Source: an uncultured Chloroflexia bacterium (GTDB lineage Bacteria > Chloroflexota > Anaerolineae > Anaerolineales > UBA11579). From it: DNA of 64,000 bases. Position numbers and translations under genes: made by a program. The stretch spans positions 2,942 to 66,941 of the forward strand of contig CAVROH010000013.1 in NCBI GenBank assembly GCA_963722735.1, read 5' to 3'. The notes below the pieces were generated by a model. That model had not been told where the DNA came from, did not search any database, and was given only the letters and a program-made list of their open reading frames with translations. Positions 48,885 through 60,243 of the stretch are shown in pieces (within the stretch, counting starts at the first letter, position 1; each line of letters opens with the position of its first letter).

Positions 48885-50559
48885 TCACTTATGGAACCGG
48901 GGTGAGATTCTCTTGAATAAATTGGCTGCGATCTCCGGCGAACTCCGCCAGTTGCAGCCATCCGTTTTCAAATTCGTTGTAGTTCTGAACCAGGCGGTTT
49001 CACCGAAGAAAGCTTTGTCTCCGGTGGACTGGCTGACATAGGGTGCAATAAGCTGATGGTGGTTGGCTGATTGCTGATAGATGTTTTCGTAATTGAACCA
49101 TTGTCTGGAGAGCAGATCGACGTAAGCAGCAAATTTCTGCCGGTAGCGCGGGACTTTGAAGATATTCTCGGTGAGTGGGGCGCGCTCCATCAGCCCGAAG
49201 CCTTCGATCTCATACAGGGGCATACTGGGATCTCCGCCCCAGGTCTGATCCCAAGGGATCCATTCAAAGCGGTTGGTGCCGGGGTTGTTGTAAAGATAGA
49301 AGTTATTGCCAGTATAGGGATAATAGTCCCAGCTGGATACGGTGACCATGACGGCCATGTAACGCAGGAAGCTGTCAACATTGAAGACGGCCTCCAGATG
49401 CTTGGGCAAAGTCTTCGGGGGTGTTATAGCTGGCGCCATCAATGATATAGGCCAACTGGATCACATCTGAATAATCATTTTCTTCTTCGTTGGTCATTTT
49501 ACCGTAGGCGTACTGGCCGTTCTGGGTCGGGTAGCCGGTGATATCTGGTCCGTAGTAGATCAGGTCCATCGGGCCACGCTGGGCATGGCTGGCCTTGTAC
49601 AGGTTGCCGTTACGGTTGTCGTTTCCAAAGCGGCTGGCGAGGAATTTGCGGTCAACGCGCTCGATGAGGGTGTACACACCCCAAAATTCAGCTGGCTGTG
49701 TATCATCGGTGAAGTCGATCCACATTTCAGCGAAGCTAGCGAAGCTGGCCGGTACACCGGCAAAGTTGAGCATGTCATAGGTCATCTTTTCCTGGATGAT
49801 GTTGCGTCGCCGATGCTGTTAATGAACATGAACTGCTTGAGGTTGTGGAATTCCTGCCCGTCAACGTAGTAATCGGTGTCAATCTTGAATGGTTTCTTTT
49901 CCCCGGATTCGCGCAGAGAGAACTGCCCGCGGAAGCGCAGTCCAACATCATTGAGACGCTCTCCGAAAATGACAGCATTGGCGGGTACAGTTGTCTTGGC
50001 TTCAGGATCCTGCCACATCAGGGCCCAGTTCTCTTCGGTGATCTCGATAGCAACCCGGCCTACCTTGCTGTCATCAAAAACTGACCAGTAGTCCACACTG
50101 GCAGAGCCTGGGATGGCGGACATAGACCCACAGGTTGTCGGTGGTGGTGCGCCCGCTGCTGTCTATCACCCGCAGGGTGACCTGGTATTCTCCTGGTTTG
50201 GCGTAATAGTAGGAGGTGTATCCGCCGGTGGAGGTGGCGTCGGTGTCGTAGATGCCGTTTCCGTCAAGATCCCACTCGTAACGGGTGATCTCTCCCGTGG
50301 TGGATGAGCTGCCAAAGGCGCTGAAGTAGACTTTCATTGGCGCCCAGCCCTGATGGGGCATGGCATTGGCTTGGGCAGTCACACTGCTTGCCGCGCTTAC
50401 TTCTATGTTCTCGGCGGAGAGGAAATTTGGACTTATCAGAAGCAGGAGAATGCTGGCGGCGATGAAGATTCCGACAAGTACCCTTTCAGCGATCCGGAAC
50501 CATTCAAAGTTGTGGCCCTTCCTGGATACTTGCATTTTGATATTCTTTTTCAAGTTCAA
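48885..50559 (-). CDS. CotH-family kinase with N-terminal TM and PKD domain
   Basis: PKD YEWDLDGNG..Y..PGEYQVTLRV; CotH GLRFRGQFS..KKPFKID, GVYTLIERVD, GNLYK and WDYY..NNFYLY..WIPWD. Confidence 0.88.
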
Positions 50560-50621
50560 CTGGCGAGTAGTGATTTGATTATAGCAATTTCAGGTTAGCG
50601 AGGCAACTCTCAGGGAAAATT

Positions 50622-50653
50622 AAAAAGACCCGGCAGGTTCTCGCCGGGTCTTT
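50622..50653 (-). terminator. Terminator after phnE
   Basis: AAAAGACCCGGC-aggttctc-GCCGGGTCTTT. Confidence 0.75.
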
Positions 50654-50671
50654 GGAGGTTAGTTAATCAAA

Positions 50672-52511
50672 TTAGACAAACCGCTCGCGCAGGCTGGAGG
50701 AAATGTAATCCATGCTGGCAACCACGACAGCGATCGCCAGCATGTTAACGCTGGCCGCCCGGTAGTTGAGCAGGTTGACATTCTGCTGCAGCACAAAGCC
50801 GATACCACCACCACCGACGAAACCGATGATCGTGGACATACGCACGTTGATATCCCAGCGGTACATGGTAAAGGAGATGTACGGCGGGATGATCTGCGGC
50901 ACAACCGCGAAGACGATCGTCTGCAGCCGGTTAGCCCCGGTGGCTGTTACGGCTTCCAGCGGCCCTTCCATGATGCTTTCTACCTGTTCTGAGTAAAGCT
51001 TGGACAGGGCAGCAATGGTGTGCAGGCCAAGGGCGAGCGCACCGGCGAAAGGTCCTAGACCGACCCAGGTAACGAAGACAATCGCCATCACCAGGGCTTC
51101 GATAGAGCGTGTGCCGTTCAAGATCGTGCGGATGATCGCGTAAATGACCATCCCGATCGGGAGAGATTGCTTCGGTGCCACCAGAAGTGCCAGGGCAAGC
51201 CCGATCACAGCGCCGATTCCTGCCGGCCACCAAATGGTGACTGCCGGGTTATTGAACTGGTAGAACCAGTCGATGCCTTGCATGACCAGAACGGCCACAA
51301 TACGCCGTCGCAATCGGTGTGATCACCAGATTGAGTATCTTGGCGGCCTGCGGCTGATTTTGTCACTGATGTTCTGTCCGATATTGCCAAGTAACCCGCC
51401 GATAATCCCGCCAAACGCCAGGGCTGTGATTGCAGGTACCATCATGACGATCAAGTCGCCGATCTGCTGAATAAACCGCCGCAGGAAGTACAGGGGCACG
51501 TCTTCAGAGGGGTCAGCGCAACACCGATCTCGGACAGCAATTGACCAAGGAGCAAGGCTGAGAAGATTACTAGCAAAAGGGCTACCAATGTGAAGAGCAA
51601 GGTCAGCAGCCGGTCGCTAAAGGTGATCTCTTTATCGTCGTCCTGTTTGGAGAGTCCCCATCGAATGAACAGGAAGGTCAGAATTGGGAAGAGGATTGAT
51701 CCTCCGACCAGTACCAAGCAGGTTGGAGAACAGGGGATTTGCCAGACTGATGGCCAATTGTGCGGATTGAATTCCCAGCCACATGCCGAGGGGCCAACCG
51801 ATCAGCGAGAGGGCGATGTTGCTCAATGGCAGCTTGATATCGGACATCAGGTTGCGGGCAGCAAAGAAACTGATCGGGATGGCGATCAAAGTACCGAAGG
51901 TGGTGGCCAGCAAAGCCATGAAGACAGTCTCAACGATCTTATCCCAGGTGACTTTGCTTTCCCTGGAGATCATCGGCGCGCCAACTTTCACCCTGCCGGT
52001 GACCGAATCGCCTGGGCTTCCTCTTTTATGGTCCGGTTGGGTATCTTGAGTTCCTCTGTAAAGCTGCCATTGGCATCCACCTGGAAATTCTCCATCTGGA
52101 TGGGAACGCCATCCGGCGCTTCGGCACTGAAACCAATGAAGTTGATCGGGCCAGAAGAATTTGACTGGAAGTTGTATCCTTCGATAGTGATGGTTTCGCC
52201 GGGTTCTGCACAACCAGCGCTCGGTCAGGATGAATGGACCGAAGCGGTCAACGTCTGGTACATCGACGCCACCTTCAGGGCAGCCAAGGTAGAAGGGGAT
52301 TTCAACATCGGTTTCTTCATAATTGTAATCCACCAGTTTGGGGTGGGCCAGCGCCCGCAGGATGCGGGTAAGTGAAGCGAGCCGTTTTTCAGAGCGGGAT
52401 TCCTCAAAATCTACCCTGGTGACATTGAAACCGTAGGCCAGCACTATCAGGACAACCAGGGTAGATGAGACCAACACTAGCAGATCGTAAGAGAGAAGGT
52501 TTCTTTTTCAT
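50672..52511 (-). CDS. phnE: Phosphate/phosphonate ABC permease PhnE/PtxC-like, oversized
   Basis: ETVFMALLATTFG, GLGPFAGALAL, KLYSEQVE and RWDINVRMSTIIGFVGGGGIG. Confidence 0.85.
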
Positions 52512-52521
52512 GGTATCCTCC

Positions 52522-53283
52522 TTAGCCTACCCTTTCAGCGTCTTTGCCGTAGATTTCTCTGAACTTATCATCGTCAATGTCTTCTGGTTTTCCGTCAAAC
52601 ATGAGGATGCCGTCATTGAGGGCGATGGCCCGGTCAGCATAGCGGTGTACCAGGTCGAGGAAGTGGAGGCTGCACAGGATGGTCACGCCGTCTTCCTTAT
52701 TGATCTTTTCCAGGTACTGCATGATCGAGTGGGCCAGGACAGGGTCGAGGCTGGCAACCGGTTCATCCGCCAGGATCATCATCGGTTCCTGCATCATTGC
52801 CCGGGCGATGCCGACGCGCTGCTGCTGCCCGCCGCTGAGTTCGTCGGCCCGCTTGTAGGCCTGTTCCTTGATGCCGACCCGGTCGAGCTGTGCCAGGGCG
52901 TTGTCAACATCTTCCTTGGGGAACCTGTTGATGGCGCTCATGATCGGGCTGACATATCCAAGCCGACCTGATAACACATTGGTGATCACCTTGGAACGGG
53001 AGACAAGGTTGAAATGCTGGAAAACCATGCCGATCTTGCGGCGAATGCGCCGCATCTCGTCCTGGCTGGCGGCAGTGACGTCCTGCCCATCCCAGATGAT
53101 CTGTCCCCCGGTAGGTTCGATCAGCCGGTTGATGCAGCGCAGCAAGGTGGATTTCCCGGAACCGCTCAAACCGATCACAGCCAGGAACTCCCCTTGTTCG
53201 ACATTGAAGCTGACACCCTTGAGGGCCTGGACTCCTCCGTCATAGGTTTTCGATAGATTTTTGACTTCTAACATAGATGCCAT
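52522..53283 (-). CDS. phnC: Phosphonate ABC ATP-binding protein
   Basis: [31 protein letters not shown] and [10 protein letters not shown]. Confidence 0.92.
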   Translation of the reverse strand: MASMLEVKNLSKTYDGGVQALKGVSFNVEQGEFLAVIGLSGSGKSTLLRCINRLIEPTGGQIIWDGQDVTAASQDEMRRIRRKIGMVFQHFNLVSRSKVITNVLSGRLGYVSPIMSAINRFPKEDVDNALAQLDRVGIKEQAYKRADELSGGQQQRVGIARAMMQEPMMILADEPVASLDPVLAHSIMQYLEKINKEDGVTILCSLHFLDLVHRYADRAIALNDGILMFDGKPEDIDDDKFREIYGKDAERVG

Positions 53284-53362
53284 TCCGCCTTTCTTAGGAA
53301 TATTCGCAAATCGTGGGGAATACGCTATAAAATGATAAATAAAATGATTATGCCGAATTAAA

Positions 53363-53392
53363 ATCATGCCCCAGGATATTCTGGGGCATGAT
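53363..53392. terminator. Intergenic hairpin between phnD and phnC
   Basis: ATCATGCCCCAG-gatatt-CTGGGGCATGAT. Confidence 0.6.
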
Positions 53393-53428
53393 CAGGTCAA
53401 GCTTCATTAGTGTTAGAACTTCGAGCAA

Positions 53429-54577
53429 CTACTCGCCGAGGTTCTCGAGGGTGATGCCTTGCTGGGCAACCAGGATGCGGACGCCATCGAAGTTTTCGTC
53501 AGCGATGGTGTCAACTGCGGTCCAGTTGTAGAAGGCTTCAGCACACAGGGATTGGACACAGGCTTCGTTGTCGAGGGACACGAAAGCGATCATTGCATCA
53601 ATGATGCCCTGCTTCATCTCATCCGGGAAATCGGGGGAGAAGGACATGGTGTCATTCGGGATTTCCTTGGAGAGGGTCAGGATGCGGACTTTCTGAACGA
53701 TGTCAGGGGCGTCCGTGGTGACTGCTGCACGGGCATCCAGCACGCGGTATTCACCGCAGTACAGTTTACCATCTTCGTTCGGGGCGCAGTCTTCAACAAC
53801 CTCATCTGGAACATCCGGGGCCATATCGACGGTCCAATTGCCTTCCGGCAGGAGCGGGGCGCTGAAGTAAGCGGTGGATACATCGGCATCGCCATTGTAG
53901 ACTGCCAGCACGGACTGCGGGTGGCCGCCAGCTTCAACGGTCTCACCAACCTCAACACCCAGATCTGCGAAGATCGAGGAGGGGTAGAGGAAGCCAGAGG
54001 TGGAGCCTGCATCCGGGTATGCCCAGGTGGCGCCGGCGAGGTCTTCCAGGGTCTGATATTCACTGTCGCGGGCAACGTAGAAGCCGGTCCAGTAAATGTT
54101 CCAGCCATAGCGCACGGAGGCCAGGCCAGGTTCAACACCACAGAGCTGGTTGGCCAGCACGTAACCGAGGGCGGGGATGAAGCCGATGGTGTCCTCAGGA
54201 GAGGCGCACATTTCCTCGATGGTGGCGGCGTAGGAGGTCGGCACGCTGACTTCGAAGACGTAGCCAGTGGCGTCCTGCAGAGCCTGGGCGATCAGGTCAC
54301 CGGATTCGATCATGAAATCTACGTCCACGGAGGGGACGAAGAGGACTTTGACCGGGTATTCGGCGGAGCCAAGCATCGGGTCCGGTTCTTCCATCGGTTC
54401 CTCTGCCGGTTCTTCTACTGGTTCTTCGACGGGCTCTTCAGCCGGTTCTTCCATTGGTTCTTCCATTGGTTCTTCGGCGGGTTCATTCGCAGGGGTATTT
54501 GTGGAACCACATGCAGACAGAACCAGCGCGGCGATAACCAGAAGACCCAAAACTACAAACAGTTTGTTGAACTTCAT
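53429..54577 (-). CDS. phnD: Phosphate/phosphite/phosphonate ABC substrate-binding lipoprotein
   Basis: Lipobox LSAC; (EEPx)n linker; PTSYAATIE, DAGSTSGFLYP, GGHPQSVLAV and IPND. Confidence 0.88.
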   Translation of the reverse strand: MKFNKLFVVLGLLVIAALVLSACGSTNTPANEPAEEPMEEPMEEPAEEPVEEPVEEPAEEPMEEPDPMLGSAEYPVKVLFVPSVDVDFMIESGDLIAQALQDATGYVFEVSVPTSYAATIEEMCASPEDTIGFIPALGYVLANQLCGVEPGLASVRYGWNIYWTGFYVARDSEYQTLEDLAGATWAYPDAGSTSGFLYPSSIFADLGVEVGETVEAGGHPQSVLAVYNGDADVSTAYFSAPLLPEGNWTVDMAPDVPDEVVEDCAPNEDGKLYCGEYRVLDARAAVTTDAPDIVQKVRILTLSKEIPNDTMSFSPDFPDEMKQGIIDAMIAFVSLDNEACVQSLCAEAFYNWTAVDTIADENFDGVRILVAQQGITLENLGE

Positions 54578-54806
54578 TTCTTCTCCTTATCTAAAGATCG
54601 TTTGTGGTATACAGGCGTATACCTTTAATGGGTTTATACTCAATTTTACCCCAGATTGTTTGGGTTTCAAGTTTTTTTAAGGTATGTGATTTGCTTATCA
54701 ATCAGATGGCTGAATGCAACAAATTATGGTTTCTGGCACGATTATACCTGGGTTTCTATCCGGTTACAGCTTGCGGCAGGCTGGATCAGACGTTAGAATC
54801 AGCCCT

Positions 54807-56111
54807 ATGAAGGAAATTAACAATTATCAGCAGGCATTGGATTTTTTATTCTCATTTGTGGATTTCAGCCTGACCCACCAGGAGCAAATTGCCCCGGAGC
54901 AGTTTGAACTGGAGCGAATGTTCCAGTTGATGGAATTGCTTGGCAATCCGCAGGAAAGCTTTGCGGCGATCCATATTGCCGGCACCAAGGGGAAGGGCTC
55001 GGTGGCAGCGCATTGTGCGGCGGCGATGCAGGCAGCGGGTCTGCGGACGGGGCTGTACACTTCTCCGCACCTTTCGGACTTCCGGGAGCGGATCCAGGTG
55101 GATGGTGAGATGATCCCGGAGGAGGATTTTGTGGCCGGGATGCAGGTTTTACAGGAGGCTGCCCCAAAGCTGCCGGGCGTGACCTCGTATGAGCTGCAGA
55201 CCGCGCTGGCTTTCTGGTATTTTTCCCGGGCAGGGGTGGATGGGCTGCTGTGGAGGTGGGGATGGGCGGGCGGCTGGATTCTACCAATATCCTCACGCCG
55301 CGGGTCTCGGTGATCACCAATATCTCCTATGACCATACCGCCATCCTGGGGGATACGTTGCCGAAGATCGCTGCCGAGAAGTGTGGGATCATCAAGCAAG
55401 GTGTGCCGGTCGTCTCTGCTCCGCAGGAACTGGACGCTTTGATAGTGATCCAGCAGATCGCCGCTGAGAAGGGGGCGGATCTGACCATGGTGGGTGCGCA
55501 TCTGCGGGTTGAAACTCTGACCAGACTGACCTGGCGGGGCAGGATTTTCGCATCATCTGACGGGGAAGAGGAAAAAGCAATTCTCCACCCGGCTGCTAGG
55601 TCCGCACCAGGTGGAGAATGCAGTGACGGCCTATGCTGCGCTGAACTGCTCCGGCCTGGAGATCTCTGATGAAGCCATCCGGGCTGGGTTTGGCAGGGTG
55701 CAGTGGCCGGGGCGGTTTGAGGTCTTTCCCGGCGCGCCGGTGATCGTGCTGGATGGGGCGCATAACCGCCAGTCGGCCCGACGGCTGGCAGAGACTGTGC
55801 GGGAACATTTCCCCGGGAAGAAGGCTGGCGATGATCTTTGGCGCTTCGGAGGATAAGGATATCGCCGGGATATTTGCCGAATTGCTCCCTCTGGCAGCCG
55901 GATTGGTGCTGTATCAGGCAAACCATCCCCGGGCGGCCAGCAGCGAGGATCTGGATGGTCTGCTGGAGGATTTTGACGGTGAAGTGCAGGTCGCTGGGTG
56001 AGGCTGAAGAGGCCTTTGCCGCAGCTGCACGAGATGGCCGGGGAGGACGGGGTGGTGCTGGTGACCGGCAGTTTGTACCTGGTGGGCGAATTGCGCCGGG
56101 AATTGGTCTAA
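54807..56111 (+). CDS. folC: Folylpolyglutamate synthase/dihydrofolate synthase
   Basis: HIAGTKGKGS, YTSPHL, EVGMGGRLDSTN, WPGRFE, LDGAHN and TGSLYLVGE. Confidence 0.93.
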
Positions 56112-56155
56112 AAACTGGTTATAATATCCAGACATTAACTGGAGAGTGAAATTGT

Positions 56156-58692
56156 ATGAACGATCAAGACTGGTATTCTCAAATTGAAGGCGCTCTGAAC
56201 ACCGAGGAACTGCACCAACGGGCCGAACAACTTGAGAATATCCCCAATATTCAGACCGGATGAAGAAGGGATCATCTTTTGTCCGATCCTGCCGCTGCGC
56301 GAGGTGATCGTCTTCCCGCATATGGTGGTGCCGCTGCCCGTTGGGCGTTCTGGCACAATGGAGGCGATCGAGGCTGCCAACCAGCAGGATCAGGTGATGA
56401 TCGCCATCCCCCAGCGCAACCCGCGCAAACATTCAGTCCAGAAGAAGGATTTTTTGCCGGTTGGCGTGCTCTCGGCGGTAAGTGATATGTTCTCCACCGG
56501 GCAGAGTGATAATCTGGTGATCGTTCAGGGGCGCTTCAGGGTGGAATTGATCGAGATCGTGCGCGACCATGCTGTGCTGTATGCCAAAGCGCGGGTGGTG
56601 GAAGAGCGCATGCGCCCTTCCCAGCAGGATACTGCCCTGATGCGCAATCTGATGCGTTTGTTCAAGCGCTATGCCGAACTGACCCGCTCGATCCCGGATG
56701 AGGCGCTGGATTATTTGATCGAGATTGACGAGCCCGGCTGGCTGGCGGATATGCTGACCAACTCGTTCTCTGTGCATCTGGATGACCGGCATGAACTGCT
56801 GCTGAGCCTGGACCCGACCGATCGGCTGGAGAAGGTCAATAACCTGCTGATCCGGGAATTGGGCGTGCTGGAACTTGAAGATGAACTGCATGCCAAAGTG
56901 CAGGATGAGGTGGAACGCGGCCAGCGGGAGAATTATCTGCGCGAGCAGATGCGCGTGATCCAGCGCGAGTTGGGTGAGCAGGACCCGTGGAGCAAAGAAC
57001 TCCAGGAGCTGCATAATCACGATCAAAGAGGCCGAACTGCCCGAAGCAGGCAGAAGAAGCCGCCATGAAGGAATTTGAACGCCTGTATCAGATGCCGCCG
57101 ATGTCGCCGGAAGTGGGCGTGATCCGCACCTATATTGACTGGATCCTCGAACTGCCGTGGACGAATATGACCGAAGACAACCTGGATGTAACCCATGCTA
57201 TTGAGGTGCTGGAAGAGAACCATTACGGCCTGGAAAAGCCCAAGGACCGCATCCTGGAATCGATTGCCATCCGCAGCCTGAAACCGGGTAAGACCCGGCA
57301 GCCGATCCTGTGCTTTATCGGCCCGCCCGGGACCGGGAAAGACCACCCTGGGCAAGTCGATCGCTGAGGCGATGGGGCGCAAATTTGTGCGCATCTCGCT
57401 GGGCGGGGTGCGGGATGAGGCCGAAATGCGCGGCCACCGGCGCACCTATATCGGGGCGCTGCCGGGACGGATCATCCAGACGATGAAACGCGCCGAGACG
57501 CTGAACCCGGTCTTTATCCTGGATGAGGTCGATAAGCTGGGCGTGGGTTACCGTGGCGATCCGGCGGCGGCGCTGCTGGAAGTGCTGGACCCGGAGCAGA
57601 ACCAGGAATTCTCCGACCATTATCTGGAGATTGCCTACGATCTTTCCAAGGTGCTGTTCATCACCACAGCCAACGACCGCAGCGATATCCCCTGGGCGCT
57701 GCTGGACCGGATGGAAGTGGTCGAGTTCCCCGGCTATATTGAGGAAGAAAAGGTCGAGATCGCCAAGAAGTTCCTCATCTCCCGCCAGCTGGAAGAATCC
57801 GGGCTGGAGGAGGGTGAGCTGAGCTTCACCGAGAAGGCCATCCGCCGGATCATCAATGAATATACCTATGAGGCCGGGGTACGCAACCTGGAGCGCGAGA
57901 TCGGACGGGTGTGCCGCAAGGTGGCCCGCCTGAAAGCAGAAAAGAAGGCCTTCCCGGCCAGGATCGGGGACACTGTGCTTGAGAAGTATCTTGGCCCGCC
58001 GGAATATTCGGCCACGGATGTGGAGACCGAGGACCAGGTGGGTGTGGCCACCAGTATTGCCTGGACGATGGCAGGCGGCGATATTATGCCGATTGAAGTC
58101 GCTCTGACCGAAGGTAAGGGAAATTTGCAGATCACCGGCCAGATCGGCGAGGTGATGCAGGAATCGGCTCAGGCGGCTATGACCTACCTGAAATCCCGGG
58201 CGAAGAGATTTGGGATTAAAGAGTGATGTATTTGAGGGTGTGGATGTGCACATCCATGTACCGGAGGGCGCGATCCCCAAGGATGGCCCCAGTGCGGGAA
58301 TCACCCTGGCAACAGCAATGATCTCGGCATTTACCGGGCGCAAGGTGCGCAAGGATGTCTGCATGACCGGTGAGGTCACCCTGCGGGGGCGGGTGCTGCC
58401 GATCGGCGGGGTGCGCAATAAGGTGTTGGCGGCGCACCGCAATGGCCTGAAGATGGTGCTGCTCCCAAGCCGCAATGAGAAAGACCTGATGGATGTGCCC
58501 AAGAAGGTGAAATCCGACCTGAAGCTGATATTTGTCAAACAGATGGACGATGTGCTGGATGCGGCTTTGCTGCCCGCTGAGGAGAAACCCAAGAAAGACA
58601 AAAAGGCTTCCAAAAAGGACCAGCCTGCGGCGGTGAAATCAGCCAAGCAGGTCTCGGATGAGACCCAGCCGCCGGCCTCGGCTGGGGTCTAG
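56156..58692 (+). CDS. lon: ATP-dependent protease La
   Basis: [30 protein letters not shown] and catalytic PKDGPSAG...GGVRNK. Confidence 0.96.
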
Positions 58693-58777
58693 ATAACCCC
58701 TTCCCGTCAGTTTCCAAACGCCAGGTGTGAGACTTGATTGAAACATGAATGGGGTATAATCAGCAGCGCTTAAAAAC

Positions 58778-58865
58778 GGAGAGGTGCCAGAGTGGACGAT
58801 CGGGGCGGTCTCGAAAACCGTTGTGGCCTTCCGGGCCACCGTGGGTTCGAATCCCACCCTCTCCG
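58778..58865 (+). tRNA. tRNA-Ser(CGA)
   Basis: Acceptor GGAGAGG/CCTCTCC, anticodon arm GCGGT-CTCGAAA-ACCGT, long variable arm GTGGCC-ttccg-GGCCAC, T-loop GTTCGAATC. Confidence 0.95.
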
Positions 58866-58949
58866 CAGAGATTGAACGTTGAGAGAAATACCCTCGGGTA
58901 CCATTGGTTGAATACGACGAACTGTTGCGCGGGGTTACCCTCTCTTTTT

Positions 58950-59283
58950 TTATTCCCCAAACCAGATATCCTGCCCGAGACAATACTCCCTTGAACTGTC
59001 AGGGTCAATCAGTCTGTAGATAAAGGAAAACCGGATAAATTTGAAACGCAAATCGCCTTGAGGGAGGATCTTGATGATGTTGCTATTTGGCTCAAGGCTA
59101 AATCCGATGCAGCCATGCGTTTTTGGACGCAGGCCAAATGATCCATCCACGCCCCCTAATATAGAAACGATTACCGGCTGAACCTGGCATAGGATGACAA
59201 TGAAAAGAATCGTTATGAGGATGATGACCGCCAATTTCTGACGATATTTTGAGCGATTAGTTGAGGGTCCTCTGTGTTTCATA
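58950..59283 (-). CDS. Small hypothetical membrane-anchored protein (AT-richer)
   Basis: ORF with N-terminal TM, ending YCLGQDIWFGE. Confidence 0.5.
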
Positions 59284-59315
59284 GAAATACCCATCCTAAT
59301 TCATCGTCCAAATCC

Positions 59316-60125
59316 TTACCCCTGATCGCCTGTTTTGACGGCTTTATTCACCAATCGGTCTACCAGGCCAGGCAGGAGGAATTGAATCAGGGGGAGGAAT
59401 TTGCCCCGCGTGGATAACACCGCGTCGCGCTTGCGTTGGGCAATCGCTTTGAGGATCATCCGGCTGGCTTCTTCCACGCCCATGACTTTGCCGCCGCGCC
59501 TGGTAGGATCGTAAACCGTTTCCCCGTCCGGGCCGAGCGATTCCAGGCGGGTGCCAGTCTCCACAAAATCGGGGTAGAGCACTGTCACACTGACCCCGCT
59601 GCCGGCCAGTTCCACCCGCAGGGCATCAAAGAACCCGGCCATGGCATGTTTGCTGGCGCTGTAGGCAGATCGATTGGGTACCCCAACTTTTCCGGTCATG
59701 CTGGAGACGGCAGCAAGACGGCCCTGGCTTTGCTTGAGGTGCGGCAGGGCATGCCATGTGCAGTACACGCTGCCCAGATAGTTGGTCTGCATGACTTTCT
59801 CGATGGGCCAGAGCACCTGCATCTCATCGAATCGGTTGCGGGCGGTGATCCCGGCGTTGTTGATCAGCACGTCAATGCGGCCAAATTCAATGATGGCGGC
59901 CTCGATCAGGGCTTTGCACTCAGCTTCGTTGGAGACATCGGTCCGCACGGCAACCGCTTGCCCACCAAGCGAGGCGCATTCGTCCACCAGAGAGTTGAGC
60001 TTCTCGATTCGCCGGGCAGCCAGTACTAGCAATGCGCCCTGTTGGGCCAGGTCCAGCGCCATCTGGCGGCCGATCCCGCTGGAGGCTCCGGTAAGAACTA
60101 CGACTAACTCTTTGAAATTTGCCAT
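59316..60125 (-). CDS. SDR-family oxidoreductase
   Basis: TGASSGIG, NNAG and YSASK. Confidence 0.92.
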   Translation of the reverse strand: MANFKELVVVLTGASSGIGRQMALDLAQQGALLVLAARRIEKLNSLVDECASLGGQAVAVRTDVSNEAECKALIEAAIIEFGRIDVLINNAGITARNRFDEMQVLWPIEKVMQTNYLGSVYCTWHALPHLKQSQGRLAAVSSMTGKVGVPNRSAYSASKHAMAGFFDALRVELAGSGVSVTVLYPDFVETGTRLESLGPDGETVYDPTRRGGKVMGVEEASRMILKAIAQRKRDAVLSTRGKFLPLIQFLLPGLVDRLVNKAVKTGDQG

Positions 60126-60243
60126 TTCAACAACTCCTGCCGTGGGGTATTGTTATTGTAGCGGATTTTTGGTCTCCGGGCAGTTATAATATCCGGGATG
60201 ATCCTGATAGGCAGGATCGGTGGTTGTAACAAGGACGCTGCTG

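Noticed and set aside
58778-58865. tRNA-Sec partner for the selenoprotein
   Set aside because: Anticodon is CGA, not TCA, and the acceptor stem is 7 bp. The absent CCA may be an indel or post-transcriptional addition.
58778-59300. Genomic island integrated at tRNA-Ser
   Set aside because: No integrase and no duplicated tRNA 3' end seen; only one small AT-richer ORF follows.
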